Shown here: in pieces, positions 36,146 through 48,350 of the stretch
Layout: the number at the start of each line of letters is the position of its first letter
Position numbering within the stretch: position 1 is the first letter of the stretch
Origin: Heterodontus francisci
Lineage: Eukaryota
DNA: 64,000 nucleotides
Direction of reading: 5' to 3'
Assembly: GCF_036365525.1 (NCBI RefSeq)
Contig: NC_090382.1
Span: 34,207,298 to 34,271,297, forward strand
Made by a program: the position numbers and the translations under genes
Notes under the pieces: generated by a model
Told to the model about the DNA's origin: nothing
The model's input: the letters and a program-made list of their open reading frames with translations, nothing else
Database searches by the model: none

Positions 36146-37100
36146 TGTCATGGTCCTTTAGTTTTTTTTCCCAGGAATATGCAGTTTGCCTTTAAGGCTT
36201 GCAAAGGATCAGTATTGCTTTAAGAACCTGCAAGCCTCAGGAGTAATAGGAAGATGCATTTTCATTGCCTTAGAAACAATCATTTGGAGACTGCGATTCA
36301 AAGGGTGCTTTCTCATTACCATAGATACAGCCACTGGGAGTGAGTATCAAGTGATACATTTGTTCCAATTCAATTTTGAACTGGCCTTTTAGTTGAAGAC
36401 AGTTTGTTCTAACAGAATAGACACAGAGGACACAGACAGCTGTGGTGTTAGCAGCTGAAAAAGAGCTCCCAACCATTTAAACTGAAGGAAGAGAAATTTA
36501 GTCTGTTTAATTATTATCTCTCAAAATTCTAACAAAAACTCAATCCAAAACAGAGATCTCTGGTAATTTAAACTGAAGGAAGGGAAGTTAGACTGTGACA
36601 AACTTTTATCCCTCAAAGAACTCTAAAGTCAGATTGATTCTATTGAAAGTGTTTGCAAGTTGTTAATTATTGAAATTCGCTGGAGAAGGAAAGCATCACC
36701 TAGTGCTGAAGTTAGACGACGGAATGTTCTACTGTGCAAGAACCATTTTTCCCCACATCGGACGACTGTGAGGACTTCAAGCAACATTGGATTGTAAACT
36801 TGCAAGGACTCTAATTTTTTCTATTTTAAATGTTGTTTATATCTTCATAGTGTTTAAGAATTTAGTTCTTCTAATTAAAGAGTTAATATGTTGATTTAAA
36901 GACACCTGGTTTGGTTAGCCTCATTCAGGAGTTAATAAATGGTAAAATTTGGCTGGGTCTTTCTTTAATTTGGAAAGTTTTAAATTATATGTTAGGTGAT
37001 CTGTGGAGCAACAAGATTGAATTAACAGTGCGTTTCTCCCACCATAATCAGAATCGTATATTTTGATTGGGGGCTTTGACTGGAGCGGTCGGTTGTAACA
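36146..37100 (+). mobile_element. Solo LTR
   Basis: TGTCAT...GTAACA termini with 4-bp TSD gtaa (36142-36145, 37101-37104). Strand inferred. Confidence 0.75.
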
Positions 37101-37580
37101 GTAAGCTGATTTAAAATAACTGAAAATGGCTTAAAAGAACTATACTGAAATATTTAATAGTTTCATTGGTGTAAACTCGAGTTTCTGAGTAAACTTCTTT
37201 TGATATGAAAAAAACTTGAAGACTGGCCTAAGAGTGCCTATGTACTTAAGAAAATTTGAAGAGCCTTCTTAAATCAGTGCACTCGGTAGAATTTCACAAT
37301 TTCAACCTGGGGTTGTATCCTGGTTTCTGGGCGAGGCCTGATTCGAGCGAATTGAATCTTGAACCAGTGGAAAACATGAACGGAAGTGCTTTTGGATATA
37401 ACTCACTTGTGTTTAACTCGTCCAATCTTTTTCAATGGTTCAATCAATTCTGCCGATATTGTGCTAATGTTACCTGGTAGTAAACAAGCAGAAACTCTAC
37501 CCCGATCTTTCGACCAATACACTGTGATCAGAAATTGCATGTCAATACAGCAAAGAAACAGGCCATTTGACTCAACCAGT

Positions 37581-38701
37581 TGTCATGCAGGTCCCCCACC
37601 TGCCAAGAATGAGGCACATTAACTTTGCCACATGGACATTAAATTTCAAATTGTTGCTGGGAAGAAGAGGCCTGTTACAAGAATTGCCAGACCTTGGCTG
37701 AAAAAGAACATTTACCTATTAACAGACAGTGCTTGTAGACAAAGGAGCTATTCCCTGCTCCAATTCAATCCACAAACAGACATGGTCAGACCAGTTAGTC
37801 ACATGACTAACTGGTTGTTGCAGAGTTTTAACTGAGAACCTGCAGAAAGCAGAATGCTCCTGGACTGAAGCAGACTGCCTCTCCTGTCTGCCTGCTCCCA
37901 TCTCTTTCTCATGGAACTTCAAAACCCACTGAAGACACGTGAACCCCAAAAGAGAGAACAAGAGAGACAGTGAACAAGGTTTAAGAAGAATACTGGGCCC
38001 CAACAAAAAGCAATATCTACCTACAATCAAGGACTCTACAGCAAGCTCGAAGCACAGCAACATAAAACCCTCTTCAGAGTTTGCCTCAAACTTTTCCACT
38101 TTATTTTTCTTCTGCTCTTTCTGTCCTTATCTGCATGCGTGTATCGTGTATGCATGCTAGCGTGGGCGCATCGTGTATCTGTAGGCATTAACCGAATTCG
38201 AGTTTAAGTTTAATAAATTTCATCTTTTCTTCTTTAAACCTGAGAAAGCCTGTTTGTGCTGGTTTCTTTGCCTTATAATTGGAAAGTGGTGAACTCCTGT
38301 GTGGAGTTTGCAAGTTCTCCCTGTGACCACGTGGGTTTCCGCCGGGTGCTCCGGTTTCCTCCCACAGCCAAAGACTTGCAGGTTGATAGGTAAATTGGCC
38401 ATTGTAAATTGCCCGTAGTGTAGGTAGGTGGTCGGAGAATTGAGGGAAGTTGGGGATGTGGTAGGAAATATGGGATTAATGAAATATGGGATTAATGTTG
38501 GATTAGTATAAATGGGTGGCTGATGGTCGGCACAGACTCAGTGGGCTGAAGGGCCTGTTTCAGTGCTGTATCTCTCTATGACTCTAAGGATTTGCCAAGG
38601 GGGAGCTAAAACACGATGTGTTTAAAATAAAACCCTGTTACAGTAAGACCAGGTGAAGGTTGAAAGGGACCCCTAGACCTCTTTCTCACCTGGTCGTAAC
38701 A
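37581..38701 (+). mobile_element. Solo LTR of the 32359-33265 family, containing a 5'-truncated HE1-like SINE (~38296-38586)
   Basis: tgtcatgcagg...ggtcgtaaca, colinear with 32359-33265. Confidence 0.85.
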
Positions 38702-39387
38702 GTCCATGCTGCTGTTAATGCTCCACTCCAGCCTCCTCAACTATCAGTATAACCCTCTATTCTCTTCGCCCTTATCTAGCTTCTCCTTACATGTGTCTGT
38801 ACTATGCACCTCAGCTACTCCTTGTGGTAGAGAGTTCCACAATCTCACCACTGTGTGGGTGAAGAAGTCTCATCTGAACTCCCTTTTGGATTTATTAGTG
38901 ACTATCTCATATTTATGGCCTCTAATTTTGCTCTTTCACATAAGTGGAAACATACTCTCTGCATCTGCTCTATCAAACCTTCATAATTTTAAAGATCTCT
39001 AGTAGGTCTCTGTTTCAAACTTGGTAACCTCCACCCCAAACTATGCAGTACTGCTATTTCCAAGTGTTGTTTAACCGTTTCTGACATCTGAACATTTTTT
39101 TCCCATAAAGACAGTTTTGGTTCTTTGTGTGGACCATTTTAAAAAGTGGAAAATACAAAGAGATTTTCCCTAACAGTGGCAGCTCAAAAAATCACAACTC
39201 ACATAATCCAATTGCGCCATAAGCATATTTTGATTCTACTTATATTATTCACAGAATAAATTTATAACAATGTGTAAAATTATTAAAGATTTGAAATAAT
39301 TGGATTCAAGTAAGATTTTCAGTCATGCACAAGGTCATATTTACAAATTAAGGACACAAAAAAAAAGGACATGCTGGAGGAACTTGA

Positions 39388-41000
39388 GTGATGGAAGGGG
39401 TTATCGACAGTGCTATCAAGCAGCACTTGTTCAACAATAACCTGCTCACTGACGCTCAGTTTGGGTTCCTCCAGCACCACTCTGTTCCAGACCTCATTAT
39501 AGCCTTGGTCCAAACATGGACAAAAGAGCTAAACTCCAGAGGTGAGGTGAGAGACTGCCAGAGGTGAGGTAAGAGAGACTGCCATTGACATCAAGGCAGC
39601 ATTTTACAGAGTATGGCATCAAGGAGCCCTAGCAAAACTGGAATCAGGGGGGAAACTCTCTGCTGGTTGGAGTCATACCTAGCACAAAGGAAGATGGTTG
39701 TGGTTGTTGGAGGTCAATCATCTCAGTCCCAGGACACAACTGCAGGAGTTCCTCAGGGTAGTGTCCTAGGCCCAACCATCTTCAGCTGTTTCATCAATGA
39801 CCTTCCCTCCATCATAAAGTCAGAAGTGGGAATGTTCACTGATGGTTGCACAATGTTCAGCACCATTTGTGACTCCTCAGATACTGAAGCAGCCCATGTC
39901 CATATGCACTAAGACCTGGGCAACATCCAGGCTTGGGTTGATAAGTGGCAGGTAACATTTGCGCCACGCAAGTGCCAGGCAATGGCCATAGAATCATAGA
40001 GTTATACAACACAGAAACAGGCCCTTCAGCCCATTGTGCCCGTGCCAGCCATCAAGCACCTATGTATTCGAATCCCATTTTCCAGCACTTGGCCCATAGC
40101 CTTGTATGTTATGGTGTTTCAAGTGCTCATCTCAATACTTCTTAAATGTTGTGAGGGTTCCTGCCTCTACCACTTCTTCAGGCAGTGTGTTCCAGATTCT
40201 AACCACCCTCTGGGTGAAAATATTTTCCTCAAACCCCCTCTAAAAAAACCATCTCCAACGAGAGAGAATCTAACCATCTCCCCTTGATGTTCAATGGCAT
40301 TATCATTGCTGAATCCCCCATTATCAACATCCTGGGGGGGTTAACCATTGACCAGAAACTGAACTGGACTAGGCACATAAATACTGTGGCTACAACAGCA
40401 GGTCAGAGGCTGAGAATTCTATGGCGAGTAACTCACCTCCTGACTCCCCAGTGTCTGTCCCCCATCTACAAGGCACAGGTCAGGAGTGTGATGGAATACT
40501 CTCCACTTGCCTGGATGGGTGCAGCTCCAACAACTCTCAAGAAGCTCGACACCATCCAGGATAAAGCAGACCGCTTGATTGGCACCCCATCTACTACCTT
40601 CAACATTCACTCCCTCCAACAATGCACAGTGGCAGCAGTGTGTATCTTATACAAGATGCACTGCAGCAATGCACCAGGGCTCCTTTGGCAGCACCTTCCA
40701 AACCCGCGACCTCTACCACCTAGAAGGACAAGGGCAGCAGATGCATGGGAACACCACCATCTGCAAGTTCCCCTCCAAGCCTCACAACATCCTGACTTGG
40801 AACTATATCACCATTCCTTTGCTGTCACTAGGTCAAAATCGTGGAACTCCCTAACAGAATTGTGGGTGTACCTATACCCCAAAGACTGCAGCGGTTTAAG
40901 AAGGCAGCTCACCACCACCTTCTCTAGGGCAATTAGGAATGGGCAATAAATGCTGGCCTAGCCAGCCACACCCAAATCCCACAAACGAATAAAAAAAAAA
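39388..41000 (+). mobile_element. Non-LTR retrotransposon 3' half with a nested CR1 tail (~39988-40243, -)
   Basis: GVPQGSVLGP, RSVMEYSPLAW, KKLDTIQDKA; aataaa and poly-A at ~40989-41000. Confidence 0.8.
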
Positions 41001-41487
41001 ACATCTCTTACTTAATGAATGGTAGCATGTAGAATAGATTACTGGCATACATAGAGGAACAAGAAACCTTCATGGGTTTCAAGAAGGAACTGGACAGGTT
41101 CTCATCAACACATGGGATTCAGTTTTATTTGAAATGCACCATAGGAACACTGTGAAGTGGTGGGCGAGATGGACCCAGGGCCTTCCTCTCCCTGGAACTG
41201 CTATTACGTTATAATGACATAGAAGCTGTCTAGAAAATATTGTTTTCATATATGAATAATCATTAAAACAAATAAGATTTATTTTAAGATTTCACTAGAC
41301 ATTTTTCTCGTTGTTTGTGGGACTGCAATGTATGCAAATTAGGTGCCACATTTGCCAACAAAGTAACAGTAACTACACTTCACAGTTTGGGATGTCCTGA
41401 AGATGTGATATCTAAATGCAAGTTCTTTCTTTACCATTATCATCTATACAATGCTATTCTGACCAATAACCGTCTCTATTCATTTAG

Positions 41488-41800
41488 ACCTGATTCCACC
41501 ATCCATCTACGTTTTGCCACCAAACTTTGAAGAGGTTGATGTGAAGAAGACAGCAACAATTGTGTGTCTGGCTGTTGGATTTTATCCTGAAAGCATTTCC
41601 TTTAGGTGGCTGGTTAATAACAGTCAGCCAGCTTCTAGTTCACAAACCCTTCTACTGGTTCTAAATACAAATGGGAGCTACACTTCCAGAAGTGAGTTAG
41701 CAGTTGCTGTAGGAGTGGGAATCTGGCTCGATGCACACTTGTGAGATTCAACATGTTTCACTGTCATCGTCTGTGAGGCACAGTTTGAGGAAAAGAAATG
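41488..41800 (+). pseudogene. Gene A (inferred): Ig C1-set exon 2, frameshifted
   Basis: tttag acceptor, gtgaga donor, 313 nt (3n+1); LIPPSIYVLPPNFEEVDVKKTATIVCLAVGFYPESISFRW...SELAVAV, shift near 41710, then EWESGSMHTCEIQHVSLSSSVRHSLRKRN. Confidence 0.85.
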
Positions 41801-43149
41801 GTGAGAACACTGCAGTCTGCTTGTCTTTAACTATTTACTCCATATAGAATCAGAAGTCATAGAATCATAACGGCACAGAAGGAGGCCATTCAGCCTATCA
41901 AGTCCATGCCGCACACATCCTAATAAACATTAAATGTCCCAAAGAAACACCCAAAGTTTTACTTTAATAAAGCTTCTTCCAGATTTCAGTTCCTCTTTGC
42001 TGCCAAACTTTAATATTCCCCTCAAAATGTCTTCATTCGCTAAAAGGCCCAAGTCTACTCAAGGATGGAATATCATATCTGAGGAGACTGAGAACACCTC
42101 TTTGAAATTCTGGACAAGATAGGAGGAAAATCTAATGAGCAATCCTCTTACCTCTCTGTCCAGTTACAAACCTTCTTGTCCCTTGGCTCATATTCCTCTC
42201 TTTGCTAACATTAGTGAAGAAGTAAAGGTAAATAAACAGTGGAGCACTATGGATACAAGTTGCTAATGGACTATTTTTTGAGGAGTCATCTTTAACAACA
42301 AAGTAAAGAAATGTAGGCCTTTCATTTAGTTATTCACTTGCTGTGAAATAGTGGACTTGGTCATTTATTCAGGGCAGTTATAAAAGGTTGATATCTTCTA
42401 TTGTTTTGCAAACTGGACTAATGTTCCTATGAAATAGATTTCCAGATGTAATTGTTAACAAAGTTAGGATGTTTTGGGAGGATTATTTGTTGTGCTAGAG
42501 ATTGGTCAATCAAGTGCTGATAAGAGGTAGTTAGTCTGTACCAAACACTGGATAATGGATTGTCAGTTTCATAGCAATGTCATTCATGAATAGACTGACT
42601 TCAAGTAAGGTAGATTTTAATATATCAATGTCTTAAGAGCTTTTACTCAATTATCTTCTGGGAGGCAGGATACAATCAGGAGGAATGTTTTACAGATTCT
42701 CTGTAATGAGCTGTTTTGAGCTCAAAGGCCATTACCTCCCTCCATTCTACCCGGTCTTCTTAGCTTATTATTTACAATGAGTTAAATAACTGCAAAGTCT
42801 ACTTATCAGACAGAACATAAACTGTGATATTAGCTTGTGTTACCTTGTACTGCATCTGTTTCTGAACCATTAAGTGTTTTACCTGCTGTTAGAGTAATCA
42901 GGTTGTACTAATCAGGAACCCTAATGTTAATCGTTTACCATATTCTGTTTCTAGAGGTCTGAATGTGTAATTGATCATTCTGCTTTATTACAGAATTAGT
43001 GATGCTGTTTTACCTAGATATTCACTGTTCTCTGCCTTTACTTGCCATGTCTTATATACATTTGATCCAATGCATGTGATAAAGCTGTAAATATTTGTTT
43101 AATCTATCTAATATGTTCCTGTCTATGCTGTAGATGGTTACATTCGGGA

Positions 43150-43608
43150 NNNNNNNNNNNNNNNNNNNNNNNNNNNNNNNNNNNNNNNNNNNNNNNNNNN
43201 NNNNNNNNNNNNNNNNNNNNNNNNNNNNNNNNNNNNNNNNNNNNNNNNNNNNNNNNNNNNNNNNNNNNNNNNNNNNNNNNNNNNNNNNNNNNNNNNNNNN
43301 NNNNNNNNNNNNNNNNNNNNNNNNNNNNNNNNNNNNNNNNNNNNNNNNNNNNNNNNNNNNNNNNNNNNNNNNNNNNNNNNNNNNNNNNNNNNNNNNNNNN
43401 NNNNNNNNNNNNNNNNNNNNNNNNNNNNNNNNNNNNNNNNNNNNNNNNNNNNNNNNNNNNNNNNNNNNNNNNNNNNNNNNNNNNNNNNNNNNNNNNNNNN
43501 NNNNNNNNNNNNNNNNNNNNNNNNNNNNNNNNNNNNNNNNNNNNNNNNNNNNNNNNNNNNNNNNNNNNNNNNNNNNNNNNNNNNNNNNNNNNNNNNNNNN
43601 NNNNNNNN
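43150..43608. other. Assembly gap (N run)
   Basis: 459 Ns; hides the acceptor and start of C1 exon 3. Confidence 1.
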
Positions 43609-43927
43609 CCCCCCCTCCTCCCCCTCCCTCCCCCCCCCCCCCTCCCCCTTCACTTGATGCTGCCTCTGCAGGGCAAACTGTTGCAATGACTTGTTTGGTG
43701 TGACTTTTATCCTGCTGATATTTCCGTGACTTGGAGAGATGAGAACGGTCCACTGGATATGGGAGTGACGCAGTTTGAGATAGCTTTGGGCAGTAATAGC
43801 AGCTACCAGACTGTCAGCCAGCTCACTGTGCCGAGAGCAGAGTGGGACAGTAATCGCACTTACTGGTGTGAGGTGAAACATGCGTCCCTGGGACAGCCGA
43901 TATGGAGAGCTGTCAGTAAGGATCTGG
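43609..43927 (+). pseudogene. Gene A (inferred): Ig C1-set exon 3, 5' end in gap, frameshifted
   Basis: PPSLDAASAGQTVAMTCLV, shift near 43701, then DFYPADISVTWRDE...YQTVSQLTVPRAEWDSNRTYWCEVKHASLGQPIWRAVSKDL+G; gtaagg donor. Confidence 0.82.
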
Positions 43928-44360
43928 GTAAGGTACCTGTGTGTGAGTGGGGAGGTTTCAGATGGGGGGTGGGGTGTGTGTGGAGGGATGTGGCTGTATT
44001 TGTGTGGGCACGGTGTGTGTTAAAGGGCAGGAGTATCAAATAGTTAATCAGTAGCATAAGCCCCACGGAAATATCCCATGAAACGATCTTAATTTCTGCT
44101 GAGGTCTGTGGTTTAAGGGCAGACACTTTGAAAACTGTGGAGATTAAGCAACACAGTAACTGCTGATCAAGTATGAACATGACTGTTAGTTTCATTCACA
44201 CATTGATTGAGATTAAGTAGTGAAAATCAAAATCAAAGCCAGGTGCTACTCCACTTAAAATTTTTGCTACTTATTTCTAAATCAGGCAATTATTTCATTC
44301 CCATTATAACTCTGCCCTGTTTCGATAGGAATCTATTGCCTCCTTTATTTGTATTAGCAG

Positions 44361-44492
44361 TGAAGTCCGGTGGAACCCCAGGGCTGATGGCTCCGCTGTG
44401 GATGGTTGCTATTGTGGGAGGCTTACTTTTAATTATTGCTGCTGTTATTCTCGTCTACAAGAAAACCACTTCTTCCTCCCGCACTGAAGCTG
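44361..44492 (+). CDS. Gene A: transmembrane exon
   Basis: tagcag acceptor, gtaaga donor, 132 nt, phase 1/1; VKSGGTPGLMAPLWMVAIVGGLLLIIAAVILVYKKTTSSSRTEA; hydrophobic span with no charged residue, followed by KK. Confidence 0.85.
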
Positions 44493-44869
44493 GTAAGATT
44501 TACTTCAGTGTCGTGCATGTGTAGTTGAAATCTTGCCACTGTTTAACACAGGTGTTGCACCATCTTGTTCTCCTTACAGCATTTAAAACCATGAAGGGTT
44601 GAGAAGTAAATAAAGATAAACCACTAAAAGGTCGATAACGAGATGACAGGTTTAAAGTGATTGGCAAAACAACCAGAGACGACATAAGGAAGACATTTTT
44701 ATGCCATGTGTAGTGAGGATTTGGAATGTTCTGCTTGATGGGGTGGTGGAAATAGATTCAATATTACTTTTTAAAAGTAAATTGGATAAATACTTGAAGG
44801 AGAAAAATTTGGAGAAATAGCTGGGGAGTGGAACTCATGAACTCTTCGATAGAGCTGGCAGAGACTCAT

Positions 44870-45670
44870 CGTCAACAGCTTGTATTTATATAGTTCCTTT
44901 TAATGTAACAAAATGTCCCAAGGTGTTTCAGAGGGGTATTATAAAACAAATATATGACCTTGAGCCACATAAGGAGATATTAAGTAGTGAAGAGCAAATC
45001 AAAGCCGGTTTGACTGATAGGTGCTACTCCACCAAAAAAGTTTGGCCAAACAGGTAGGTTTTAAGGAAGAAAGTGAGTTGGAGAGGCAGAGAGGTTTAAG
45101 GAGGGAATTCCAGAACATAGGAACCAGGCAGTTGAAGGCATAGCCAATGATAGAGCAATTAAAATCAGAGATGCTCAAGATACCAGAATTAGAGGAGCTC
45201 AGATATCTCGGAGGGCTGTGGGACTGGAAGAGATTACAAAGTTAGGGAGGGGCAGGGCCATGGAGTGACTTGAAAACAAGAATAGGAATTTCAAAATTGA
45301 GGTGTTACTTAAACAGGAGCCAGTGTAGGTAAGCAAGCACAGAAGTGATGGTTGAATGGTCTCTGATGTGAGTTAGGACATGGGCAGCAGAGTTTTGAAT
45401 AGCCTCAAGTTTAGAGTGTAGAGCGTGGGAGGGCGGCCAGGAGTGCATTAGAATGGTCATGTCTAGAGATAATAAAGACATGGATGAGGGTTTCAGCAAC
45501 AGATAGCCAATGCAAGGGCAAAGGTAGGCAATGTAACGGAGGTGGAAATAGGTGGTTTTAGTGATGGTGTGAGTATGTGATCAGAAGCTCATCTCGAGAT
45601 CACATGACACCAAGATTAAACAGTCTGGTTCAGTCTCAGTTGCCAGGGAGAGGGATGGAATTGGTGGCCT
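44870..45670 (-). mobile_element. Old L2-type LINE 3' end
   Basis: IQNSAAHVLT...TITSVLAYLHWL ORF fragment; boundaries approximate. Confidence 0.65.
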
Positions 45671-45827
45671 CCTTCTGTTCTGTACTATTTTATGATTCTA
45701 TAAAACCATTGTTTTGAAACAACTGCCATGAGAAAGTTACATCAATGCACATTTGTAACTTATTGTAACATCTGCTGAGACAAGAGAAACATTGACATAA
45801 AACCCATGTTTCAATTTCTTGATGCAG

Positions 45828-45970
45828 TAAATTTCACAGATATGATGAGCCTGAAAACCAGACAGGAATCCACCTACGAAAACGTCCAATACAAGGTACT
45901 GGACAAGGGAAGTGTGACTATACCCCACATTTCAGGGAAATCACTTAAAAGTTTAGGGCATGATCATTGA
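45828..45970 (+). CDS. Gene A: cytoplasmic exon with tyrosine motif
   Basis: Two in-frame phase-1 acceptors (45828, 45840); VNFTDMMSLKTRQESTYENVQYKVLDKGSVTIPHISGKSLKSLGHDH*. A possible donor after 45895 makes the 3' end uncertain. Confidence 0.65.
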
Positions 45971-46094
45971 AGTCAGTGATTTACCTTGCACTCAATCTTG
46001 CATAGATCTAGTGAACTCATCAGTGGGGTTCGCTCTGTACAGTAGCATCAAATATTGAGGCATAATTCAAATCCTCAACTTAAAATAATTTATC

Positions 46095-46100
46095 AATAAA
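46095..46100 (+). terminator. Candidate polyadenylation signal for gene A
   Basis: AATAAA about 125 nt after the TGA at 45968-45970; AT-rich context weakens the evidence. Confidence 0.3.
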
Positions 46101-47959
46101 TTCCCATTTTGCTATATTAACTCAAATTACTAAATAATTCATACTTTTGTGCAAAATAACTATGAATTACTAACGATAGAAGCTATTTGAATGTTTTCTA
46201 TTCTATGAAATACAGTCTGTTAATCTTAACAGTTAACCTTTTGAATGCTATTCTATTTATTCCAGTAAGATCTGGTTCTGAACAGTTTCTGCTCTCTGAC
46301 CTTCCTATTGCCTGAGGATAGGAGGGTAATTTAGCTAGAGTGTAAAATATTTTGTGGATCACAGCCTTAGCCTGCACTGCTCCCAACCCCCTCCTGCCAA
46401 GTCCCATCAACACTTAACTTGTTCCTGTAATATTGATCTGTCCTTTATTTCAAACACAAATGCAACACCATTTATTTCAAATGAGTTAACATTTCTATTA
46501 AAATAGGAGACCAAGGAATGTCATAAAAAAATTTGCTGGTGTGCTAATTTCAGCACACTTCTTTTGAGGCTGTAGTGTTTTAATTTTGGTATTCTGTTAC
46601 AGTAATGGCTACAATAGATATAATTTTGCATCATTATGCTTATTCAACCATTGTGAAATGAATAAGTGATCTGGTTTAAAAACAAAGCTGGTCAGAGAAT
46701 GTAAAAGAAGGCAGGTTCATATTTTGGATGTGTAAACTTTCCAGGATCTTAGAACCTGTGTCATTCCTCTTTACAGATGCTGATATGTGTGTGTTTCCAG
46801 AATTTTCCACTTTTATTTCAGATTTCTAGTGTTTGAAAATATTCTAAAGTCTCTGTATTAATTATTGCTTCCTGGGTTTACTTCTAAAGATCTTTTATTT
46901 CAGTGACACATATTTGAGTGAACAGCAGAGGATGGTGACTATGCCTGCAATCATAGTTTGCAAAAATACTGTGCATAGACCACTTAGCCTTTCGAGCCTG
47001 TTTGCTCGAGATCATGGCTGAACTGTATATGACTAACTCCATATACCCACCTTTGCCCCTCACGCTCTGAAGCAATTGATGGGTTAATACCCTGTGCTTG
47101 GATTTCTTTGAATCTTCCATTAAGTTAAAAGATAATCAGCAAATGGTCTGTTTCTAAGCTGTAAACTCTATGTAATTCTATGTGGATTCCTTGTCCCTTT
47201 CCTCTATCCAGGGCTCTAATCAGCAAGATCATTATAAATATGAACCAGAGGTTGCTGCTTTTGTTCCCTGAATCCCTTGTTTGTTTCAGTTTTTCATTGT
47301 TGTACAATAATTTTGCAGAAGTAGAGATATTTAGTGAATTGCTGAAAACTACAGGGAATGGCAAATTGAAACAGAGCTGCTATTACCACAGTTTGACTTT
47401 AGCAAATAAGACAAGTGAAAATCTAGAGTTAGCCCGGGAACCAATCGGGAGTAGCTGGTGATGTACAGCCACTTTGTTGGAAACAATCAGATCCTGGTGC
47501 CAGTTAGTGCACAATGCAGTCTGTGTTTGAGGGATAAAAAATATTACCCACTGTTCACAATAGCATGTTTTTTTTTAATTGAGTAACGAGTATTGACCTA
47601 GGATTAATCTTCTCATTTCAATGTGTGCTTGGACAGCAGCTAAGTGCAAGGGACTGAGGCTAGTAGTTGGGCTCTATCTGGTTGTCAGTTTACTTTGAGT
47701 GAGTGGAGATGGATGATACACTGAGCATTGGATACTTACCGATTCCAAATCCCTGGTTTGAAGAAAAGTGCTTTCCTATATTTGGGGTTCAGCACTTAAC
47801 CCTATGATGAACAATGCCTCTCCTGTTTGAGTGGGAAATACATCACTTCCTCCTGGCCTCCCTTCTATTTCACACCATGAATGGTTATCAGTAAATGGTT
47901 TAATGAAATTCCCAAGTGCAGCTAATAGTTAGATCTGGGGTAGAATAGATTTCTATCAG

Positions 47960-48350
47960 GAAACAGAAGAGACTGGGGCTTTCTTCCCTAGAAAAGGATT
48001 GGGTGACCTGGTAGAGGCCTTTGGAAGATTATGAAAGATGTAGTAATATTTCCACTTGTGGAGGAGACCAACAGCAAGGGCCATAAATATAAGATAGTCA
48101 TTACTAAGTCCAATAAGGAATTCAGGAGAAACTTTTTTACCCAGAGTGGTTAGAATGGAGAACTCACTACCCACAGAGTAGTTGAGACATATACCATAGA
48201 TGCATTTAAGGGGAAACTAGATAAATATGAGGGAAAAAAGAATAGGAGGTTGAGGAGTTAAATGAAGTAAGGTAGGAGGACACTTGTGTGGATCATAAAT
48301 ATAGTCATGGGCTAGTTACACCAAATGGCCTCGTTCTGTTCTGTACATTC
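47960..48350 (+). mobile_element. Degenerate CR1 3' fragment
   Basis: ttcaggagaaacttttttacccagagtggttagaatg-type CR1 end and tail. Confidence 0.6.

Noticed and set aside
37577-38705. TSD for the solo LTR at 37581-38701 (and for 540-1588)
   Set aside because: The flanks do not give a clean 4-bp duplication, so none is claimed.
43052-43881. Long ORFs and a poly-proline hinge spanning the N gap
   Set aside because: Artefacts of translating Ns; the C-rich run at 43609-43648 abuts the gap and may be low-quality sequence.
13969-45970. Calling gene A a conventional IgM, IgW, IgNAR or TCR gene
   Set aside because: No RSS, D or separate J segments; the TM lacks the antigen-receptor CART pattern and charged residues; the tail is long with a tyrosine motif; no secretory tailpiece seen. 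No gene symbol assigned without a search.
46904-46978. Possible tail exon containing DGDYAC
   Set aside because: That frame has a stop just after the nearest acceptor, and the phase-0 and phase-1 readings terminate almost immediately.
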